This document shows positions 58,072 to 64,000 of a stretch of DNA of 64,000 nt, piece by piece. The notes under the pieces were generated by a model. That model ran no database searches and was not told where the DNA came from. It was given only the letters and a program-made list of their open reading frames with translations. The stretch covers positions 100,752 through 164,751 of the forward strand of contig CAWCAK010000008.1 of NCBI GenBank assembly GCA_963793455.1, written 5' to 3'. The stretch is from an uncultured Bacteroidota bacterium (GTDB lineage Bacteria > Bacteroidota > Bacteroidia > Bacteroidales > GCA-2748055). A program made the position numbers and the translations under genes. The number at the start of each line of letters is the position of its first letter. The stretch's first letter is position 1.

Positions 58072-60528
58072 ATGAAGATTTCCTATAACTGGCTGAATGA
58101 GTACATTCAAACCAGTGTCCCTCCTGCAGAGCTGTCCGGGATCCTCACCAATACCGGGCTTGAGGTGGAAGGGATAGAGACCTTTCAGACGGTCAAAGGC
58201 GGACTGGAAGGGGTTGTGGTCGGAGAGGTGCTTTCCTGCAGCAAACACCCCAATGCGGACAAACTGACACTGACCACCGTGGATGTGGGCGGCGAAGAAC
58301 CCCTGCAGATCGTGTGCGGGGCACCCAATGTAGCAGCGGGGCAGAAGGTGCCGGTGGCCACTGTTGGCACTACCCTCTATCCCACCGATGAAGGATTCAC
58401 CATCAGGAAAAGCAAGATCAGGGGTGAAACCTCCATGGGGATGATCTGTGCCGAAGATGAACTGGGACTGGGAACCTCACACGAAGGGATCATGGTACTT
58501 GACGGGAAAGCTGAGACAGGGACCCCGGCATCGGAGTATTTCAGGATCGAGACAGATACGGTTTTCGAGATCGGCCTGACACCCAACCGCATCGATGCTG
58601 CAAGCCACATCGGGGTGGCCAGGGACCTGGCAGCATACTTCAGGCAGGAGGGCGAAGTGGCACTCTCCATGCCTTCGGTGGAATCATTCAGTACCGACAA
58701 CAATGACCTGGAGATTCCTGTTGAGATTGAAGAACCGGCGGGCTGCAAACGCTATTCGGGGGTAACCATCAGCGGCATTACCGTAAAGGAGAGCCCGCGG
58801 TGGTTGCAGAACAGGCTCCGGTCCATCGGGCAGACCCCCATCAACAACGTGGTGGACATCACCAACTTTGTCCTCCATGAACTGGGACAACCGCTCCATG
58901 CATTCGATGCCGCCATGGTAACCGGCAACAAGGTTTTCGTGAAGACCATGCCCGAAGGTACCCGGTTCACCACCCTGGATGAACAGGAACGCACACTGCT
59001 TGGTTCGGACCTGATGATCTGCAACAGGGAAGAGGGAATGTGCATTGCCGGAGTTTTCGGGGGTATCCGATCGGGAGTGACCGAAAATACAAGCGCCATC
59101 TTTCTCGAATCGGCATGTTTCGACCCGGTCTACATCAGGAAGACCTCCAAACACCATGTACTGAACACCGATGCATCCTTCAGGTTTGAAAGGGGATCCG
59201 ATCCCAACATGACAGTAACAGCCCTGAAGCGGGCAGCCATCCTCATCCGGGAGATCGCCGGGGGAACCATCTCTTCGGAGATCGTGGATGTCTACCCCGA
59301 TCCGGTGGAGGATTTCCGTGTGGAGATCCTTTTTGACCATGTGAACAGGCTTATTGGCAATCCCATCAGCCCCGGCACAATCCAGTCGATCCTGGAGTCG
59401 CTGGATATGGTGGTGGAAGAGCGTACTCCTGAAGGGATGGTCCTGAGGATTCCGCCCTACAGGGTGGATGTGCAGCGGGAAGCGGATGTGATCGAGGAGA
59501 TCCTCCGCATCTACGGCTTCAACAGGGTGGATATTGGCTCCGGCCTTCGGTCCACCCTGGCCTACTCCGCCAAACCGGATAAGGAGAGGGTGGTCAACAT
59601 GGTATCCGATCTGCTTACGGCCAACGGATTCTACGAGATGAAATCCAACTCACTTACCCGGGCCTCCTACCACGACATCGACGGGGAGATCGATACATCA
59701 GCGGTCAGGCTCTTCAATCCGCTGAGCCAGGACCTGGCACATATGCGGAAGAACCTGTTGAACGGGGGACTGGAAGCCGTCGTATATAACATCAACCGGA
59801 AGAATGCTGACCTGAAGCTCTATGAATTTGGAACCTGCTATTTCCTGGGCAGGGATACGGCTGATGGTGACCTGGTGGGCAAATTCCATGAAAAGCTGCG
59901 CCTGGGGATCTTCCTGACCGGCAGGTCAACCCCGGCCCACTGGGACCACCCTTCTTCCGAAAACTCCTTTTACACGTTGAAGCGCTACGTGGAAACCATC
60001 CTGCTGAAAACCGGGATCGATCCCCTCTCCCTGGAGACCGGTGCAGGGAGCGACAGTGCCTATGCAGAGAGCCAGGTTTACATGAACAGCCAAGACTCCC
60101 TGGTGGAATTCGGCAGGGTGGCACAGGCGCTGCTGGACCAGTTCGACATCAAGCAGGAGGTGTATGCCGCAGAATTTCACTGGGACCTGGTCCTCCGCCT
60201 CATATCGGAACACAGGATCCTCTTCACCCCCCTTCCGAGGTTCCAGCCAGTTACCCGTGACTTCTCACTTCTGCTTGACCGGGGGGTCACCTTCGAGTCA
60301 CTGCGTAAGCTTGCCTTCCAGACCGAAAAGAAACTTTTGCAGCAGGTGACCCTGTTCGATGTATACGAGGGGGAAAAGATCCAGATGGGAAAGAAGTCCT
60401 ATGCACTAACCTTCAAACTACTGGATGAGGATAAAACCCTTACTGACAAACAGATCGATAAAACCATGATGAACCTGGCCAAGGCATTCGAACGGGAATT
60501 TGGAGCACAGGTCAGGGGAATGGAGTAA
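58072..60528 (+). CDS. pheT: Phenylalanine--tRNA ligase beta subunit
   Basis: N-terminal tRNA-binding domain [26 protein letters not shown], followed by B3/4, B5 and a C-terminal FDX-ACB-like domain. Length 818 aa. Confidence 0.95.
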   Translation: MKISYNWLNEYIQTSVPPAELSGILTNTGLEVEGIETFQTVKGGLEGVVVGEVLSCSKHPNADKLTLTTVDVGGEEPLQIVCGAPNVAAGQKVPVATVGTTLYPTDEGFTIRKSKIRGETSMGMICAEDELGLGTSHEGIMVLDGKAETGTPASEYFRIETDTVFEIGLTPNRIDAASHIGVARDLAAYFRQEGEVALSMPSVESFSTDNNDLEIPVEIEEPAGCKRYSGVTISGITVKESPRWLQNRLRSIGQTPINNVVDITNFVLHELGQPLHAFDAAMVTGNKVFVKTMPEGTRFTTLDEQERTLLGSDLMICNREEGMCIAGVFGGIRSGVTENTSAIFLESACFDPVYIRKTSKHHVLNTDASFRFERGSDPNMTVTALKRAAILIREIAGGTISSEIVDVYPDPVEDFRVEILFDHVNRLIGNPISPGTIQSILESLDMVVEERTPEGMVLRIPPYRVDVQREADVIEEILRIYGFNRVDIGSGLRSTLAYSAKPDKERVVNMVSDLLTANGFYEMKSNSLTRASYHDIDGEIDTSAVRLFNPLSQDLAHMRKNLLNGGLEAVVYNINRKNADLKLYEFGTCYFLGRDTADGDLVGKFHEKLRLGIFLTGRSTPAHWDHPSSENSFYTLKRYVETILLKTGIDPLSLETGAGSDSAYAESQVYMNSQDSLVEFGRVAQALLDQFDIKQEVYAAEFHWDLVLRLISEHRILFTPLPRFQPVTRDFSLLLDRGVTFESLRKLAFQTEKKLLQQVTLFDVYEGEKIQMGKKSYALTFKLLDEDKTLTDKQIDKTMMNLAKAFEREFGAQVRGME

Positions 60529-60532
60529 CATC

Positions 60533-61039
60533 ATGCCCGGAAAGATAGGAATCGTCAGGGGTGATATCACCCAATTGGAGGTAGATGCCATTGTGAATGC
60601 TGCCAACAGGAGCCTGCTGGGAGGTGGCGGGGTGGATGGTGCCATTCACCGTGCAGCCGGACCTGAGCTCCTGGAGGAGTGCAGGAAACTGAACGGTTGT
60701 GAGACCGGTGGTGCCAGGATCACCCCGGGTTTCAGGCTGCCTGCCCGGTATGTGATCCATACGGTGGGCCCGGTCTGGAGGGGAGGCCGGCACAACGAGC
60801 CAGGACTGCTCAGGCAGTGTTACCTGCAGAGCCTTGAGCTGGCTGCCGCCCACCAGGTTAAACACATTGCCTTCCCCAATATCTCCACCGGTGTATACCG
60901 GTTCCCAAAACCCCTTGCAGCAGAGATTGCCGTTGAAACTGTGACGCAATATATGGAACGTCCCGGATCACCCGAAGAGGTCATCTTTGCCATTTTTGAC
61001 GAGGAAAATCACGCGCTATATACCAACCTGCTCCATTAA
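60533..61039 (+). CDS. Macro-domain protein (O-acetyl-ADP-ribose deacetylase, YmdB-like)
   Basis: [45 protein letters not shown] at 60533 chosen. Confidence 0.85.
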   Translation: MPGKIGIVRGDITQLEVDAIVNAANRSLLGGGGVDGAIHRAAGPELLEECRKLNGCETGGARITPGFRLPARYVIHTVGPVWRGGRHNEPGLLRQCYLQSLELAAAHQVKHIAFPNISTGVYRFPKPLAAEIAVETVTQYMERPGSPEEVIFAIFDEENHALYTNLLH

Positions 61040-61053
61040 ACGTTTCACCTTTT

Positions 61054-61227
61054 ATGATCAGATTTCAGATACTGGGAATTGCCTCGGCGGCGTTGCTTCT
61101 TTGGGACTGCGAGTTCCAGTCCTATAAGGATTACCGGAACCCGGATTACAACGGGAGATCTCTGAGCAACCAGTTCCTGAATAAGAAGGAGAAATTAATC
61201 GCCTTTTTCGTGGCTTTGGATGTCTGA
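61054..61227 (+). CDS. Possible small (57 aa) lipoprotein, below the ORF-track cutoff
   Basis: MIRFQILGIASAALLLWDC... shows a signal-like start with Cys. No homology recognised. Confidence 0.25.
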   Translation: MIRFQILGIASAALLLWDCEFQSYKDYRNPDYNGRSLSNQFLNKKEKLIAFFVALDV

Positions 61228-61239
61228 TCCTGGTACCGG

Positions 61240-62034
61240 CTATTTCCTCCCGAACATGTACCCAATGGCAATGGCATACCTGAGACTATTGAAACGAAAA
61301 TCAACCACGGTCGAGGCATCAACGGGTATGGAAATGGGGTCTATACCCCACCAGTCAAGCCGCTCATTGATCTCCTCCTCAATCTGCGGGATGATCCTGG
61401 AAGCAAAATCGGAATCCACCTCCAGGTTCAGCCGGTAAAAGGAGAGCCTTGGGCCCATGAACAAAAAGTCCACCAGAATCCGTTTTTTGATGGTGAACTG
61501 GTACCCCAGCTGCAAACCTGCTCCGAATTCCCGTATGTCACCTGCTCCCCCCACATCAATATAGCTCGAACTGGATTCATTCCAGTAATTAAATGTAACA
61601 TCTCCGTAGTATTTCGTCAACCGCCCATAGAGACCTAAATAGAGGCCTGTCTGGTCCCCGCAGTCACAATTCCCGAAATGGTACCTGGCTTCAGGTGTGA
61701 TTGAAAAACCCCTGATCCCCTGTGATTTGCTTTCTATGACGAAATCACCCAGCCCCATAAAAGCCGGGATCTGTCCCCCGATCCAGTAGCCGGCACCCAA
61801 TTGCGCAGACCACCGGTCATTGAACTGGCGTTCATAGAACAGGGAAACGTTCCGGAACACAGCTGCAGCCATATTTATTTTCACAATATTCCGGTATATT
61901 GTATCTTGAGATTCCTGGGATAACAGGGGATTTACTGCCAGAACCGGAAAAATGAGGAGCATCAGCAACGCTTTCCGAATACCGGCATAACTGGTACGGG
62001 ATTTGTCATGATTGTAAAAAACAATTTGTCTCAT
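61240..62034 (-). CDS. Putative outer-membrane beta-barrel protein (hypothetical)
   Basis: Signal peptide after the ATG at 62034, alternating beta-strand pattern, C-terminal ...AIAIGYMFGRK. Confidence 0.4.
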   Translation of the reverse strand: MRQIVFYNHDKSRTSYAGIRKALLMLLIFPVLAVNPLLSQESQDTIYRNIVKINMAAAVFRNVSLFYERQFNDRWSAQLGAGYWIGGQIPAFMGLGDFVIESKSQGIRGFSITPEARYHFGNCDCGDQTGLYLGLYGRLTKYYGDVTFNYWNESSSSYIDVGGAGDIREFGAGLQLGYQFTIKKRILVDFLFMGPRLSFYRLNLEVDSDFASRIIPQIEEEINERLDWWGIDPISIPVDASTVVDFRFNSLRYAIAIGYMFGRK

Positions 62035-62073
62035 ATGCTTGTTAAACTTAGCAATTAAACCCAAATATCTGAA

Positions 62074-62634
62074 ATGATGAAACGGATTTCAATCTTACTC
62101 CTGGCCTTGCTCATGGCCCTTCCGGCTTTTTCCCAGGAGCTCAGCAAAAAAGAGCAGCGCAACCTTGACAGGCAGCTGAAAAAAGAACAGAAAGCTGAAG
62201 AAGCAAAGAGAAAAGCAGCTATTGTGGGACTCATGGTTGAATACCAGCGGTTCGTTCTGGAAGCTGACCAGCTCAGGGACAAGCGTGGGAACATGGTCAA
62301 TGTCTCCTCCATGATCAATTTCATCGCCTGCGATTCAGTCACCGGCGTGATCCAGATCGGGAGCAACGCCTACGTGGGAAGGAACGGTGTGGGAGGGATC
62401 ACAGTGGATGGCCCCATCGCCAATTACAACTACAATTTCAACGAGAAGGGCGGATCCTACAATGTCTCATACAATGTACGAACCTCCACCGGCACCTACG
62501 ACGTGCGCATGCTGGTGTCCCCGGACGGCAGGGCTGATGCCACTGTAAGTTCTACATGGCCCGGGAGGGTCAACTATACGGGATACCTGGTCCCCCCTGT
62601 CAATTCCAGGGTGTACAAGGGGACCTCCTACTGA
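62074..62634 (+). CDS. DUF4251 domain protein
   Basis: Signal peptide, Lys/Glu-rich helix, then FVLEADQLRDKRGNMVNVSSMINFI...GGITVDGPI, as I recall for DUF4251. Confidence 0.65.
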   Translation: MMKRISILLLALLMALPAFSQELSKKEQRNLDRQLKKEQKAEEAKRKAAIVGLMVEYQRFVLEADQLRDKRGNMVNVSSMINFIACDSVTGVIQIGSNAYVGRNGVGGITVDGPIANYNYNFNEKGGSYNVSYNVRTSTGTYDVRMLVSPDGRADATVSSTWPGRVNYTGYLVPPVNSRVYKGTSY

Positions 62635-62644
62635 TGCCTGAAGG

Positions 62645-64000
62645 TTAATCCTCCAGGCTGTAAAGGAACCGTTTGATGCTTCGTTTCGGGGTCTTTTCGA
62701 ACTCTTTCTCGTGGATATGGATCTTTAACAGGGTCTCGTATGCTGCAAGCTGCTGGTTGACCGCCTTGCGGTTCTCCTCCATTTTGGCCTCCAGGTCATC
62801 TTCCACCCCGTCCGCCTTCGCCTGTTCGGCATCCGGGAACACCATTGCTTCCAGCCGGTGGTCGCTGTTCATCAGCACCACCGCTTCACTGATGTAGGGC
62901 AGGTTGATCAGTTTCGATTCAATCTCCTCGGGGTAGATGTTCTGACCGGATGAACCCAGCAACATGCTTTTGCTTCTCCCCTTGATGTAGATGAATCCGT
63001 CCTTGTCGGTCACGCCCAGGTCCCCGGTATGCAACCACCCCCCTTCATCGATGGTGGCTTTGGTGGCCTCTTCGTTCTTGTAGTACCCCACCATCAGGTT
63101 TTCACCTTTTACAAGAATCTCACCGGGCACATTGAACGGATCCGAAGAGTCGATCTTCAGTTCCATGATATCCAGGATCTTTCCGCTGGATCCCTTCCTT
63201 GTGGTGGCAAATCCCTCGTAGGAGATCAGCGGTCCGCATTCGGTCATTCCGTACCCGATGGTAAAAGGGAATTTGATCTTTGTCATGAAGTCTTCCACCT
63301 CCTTGCCCAGGGCAGCACCTCCCAGCACAGCTTCCCGGAACCTGCCTCCGAAGGATGCGACCAGCTTTTTCCTGATGGCCCCGTATATCAGTCCGTTAAT
63401 GCCCGGGATCTTGGTGAGCACCTTCATCGATCCCTTCTGAAGGGTGGGTAAAACCTTCTTCTTATAGAGTTTCTCAAAGAAAATGGGCACGAAGAGGATC
63501 AGGTGCGGCTGTACCTCTGAGAAGGCCTTCAGGATCACCGGCGTGGCCGGGATCTTTCCCAGGATGGTCACATGAACGCCCACAGCCATGGGAAACAGGA
63601 AATCGAATGCGCAGCCGTAACAGTGGGCCAGGGGAATGATGGAGAGCATTTTCTCGCCTGGATTCAATTCAATGGAACGCCTGGCAAAGTCCACGTTGCC
63701 CGCCAGGCTGTTGGCCGTAAGGACCACCCCCTTGCTGAACCCGGTGGTCCCCGATGTATAGTTGATCTGGGCCACCTCGCTGTTGTCCACCTCCGCATAT
63801 TTGATGTGTTCCCTGGTGTAACCACCTGCATATTTCTCACCGAAGAGCCCATCCAGGCCTTCCTGGGTTTTTTTCAGGGCCGGGGACGGATTGGCTGAAA
63901 GGATCCCAAAATCATCCACCGAAAGGATGGCTTTCATATTTTTCAGCTCACTCTCCGACAGGGTCTCCATGATCTGCTTATCCACAATGAGCAAAACCGA
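62645..64000 (-). CDS. Long-chain fatty-acid--CoA ligase (AMP-binding family), N-terminus beyond window end
   Basis: YTSGTTGFSKGVVL, GYGMTECGP, WLHTGDLG, GRSKSMLLGSSGQNIYPEEIE. The frame stays open to position 64000. Confidence 0.85.
   Translation of the reverse strand, partial: SVLLIVDKQIMETLSESELKNMKAILSVDDFGILSANPSPALKKTQEGLDGLFGEKYAGGYTREHIKYAEVDNSEVAQINYTSGTTGFSKGVVLTANSLAGNVDFARRSIELNPGEKMLSIIPLAHCYGCAFDFLFPMAVGVHVTILGKIPATPVILKAFSEVQPHLILFVPIFFEKLYKKKVLPTLQKGSMKVLTKIPGINGLIYGAIRKKLVASFGGRFREAVLGGAALGKEVEDFMTKIKFPFTIGYGMTECGPLISYEGFATTRKGSSGKILDIMELKIDSSDPFNVPGEILVKGENLMVGYYKNEEATKATIDEGGWLHTGDLGVTDKDGFIYIKGRSKSMLLGSSGQNIYPEEIESKLINLPYISEAVVLMNSDHRLEAMVFPDAEQAKADGVEDDLEAKMEENRKAVNQQLAAYETLLKIHIHEKEFEKTPKRSIKRFLYSLED

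Overview
Bacteroidota-type chromosomal segment, about 50% GC by eye. Hallmarks are a T9SS C-terminal sorting domain, a GldF/GldG-like transporter, an ECF-sigma/FecR/TonB-receptor triad, and DUF3127, DUF4251 and GWxTD families. There are roughly 55 protein-coding genes, mostly housekeeping (pheT, dnaN, pyk, nfo, surE, lpxB, rlmB, rlmD, a metY-like gene, thioredoxins, ABC-F). I recognised no rRNA, tRNA or CRISPR array. Unusual content: (1) Two related small insertions (9908-11084 and 32598-33080) are my best candidate for something undescribed. They share the inverted termini CCTGTTTTCGTCAT plus a longer conserved end and have the same polarity relative to the host gene. Each is bracketed by a long direct duplication of the 3' end of the adjacent host gene: 263 bp of an ECF sigma gene and 166 bp of a Na+/alanine symporter gene. 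The larger insertion carries only an orphan AbiEi-type antitoxin gene, and neither has a recombinase. (2) A decayed IS200/IS605 element with tnpA and tnpB both multiply frameshifted. (3) A 1.4-kb AT-rich block that is the shattered TPR half of a TPR-CHAT protease gene whose CHAT half is nearly intact. (4) Many single frameshifts in otherwise conserved genes, which may be sequencing indels. (5) Stop-codon-containing 5- and 7-nt microsatellites exactly at three gene ends. All functional calls come from motif recognition by eye on the supplied ORF translations; no database search or computation was possible, and identities and coordinates of repeats were counted by hand.
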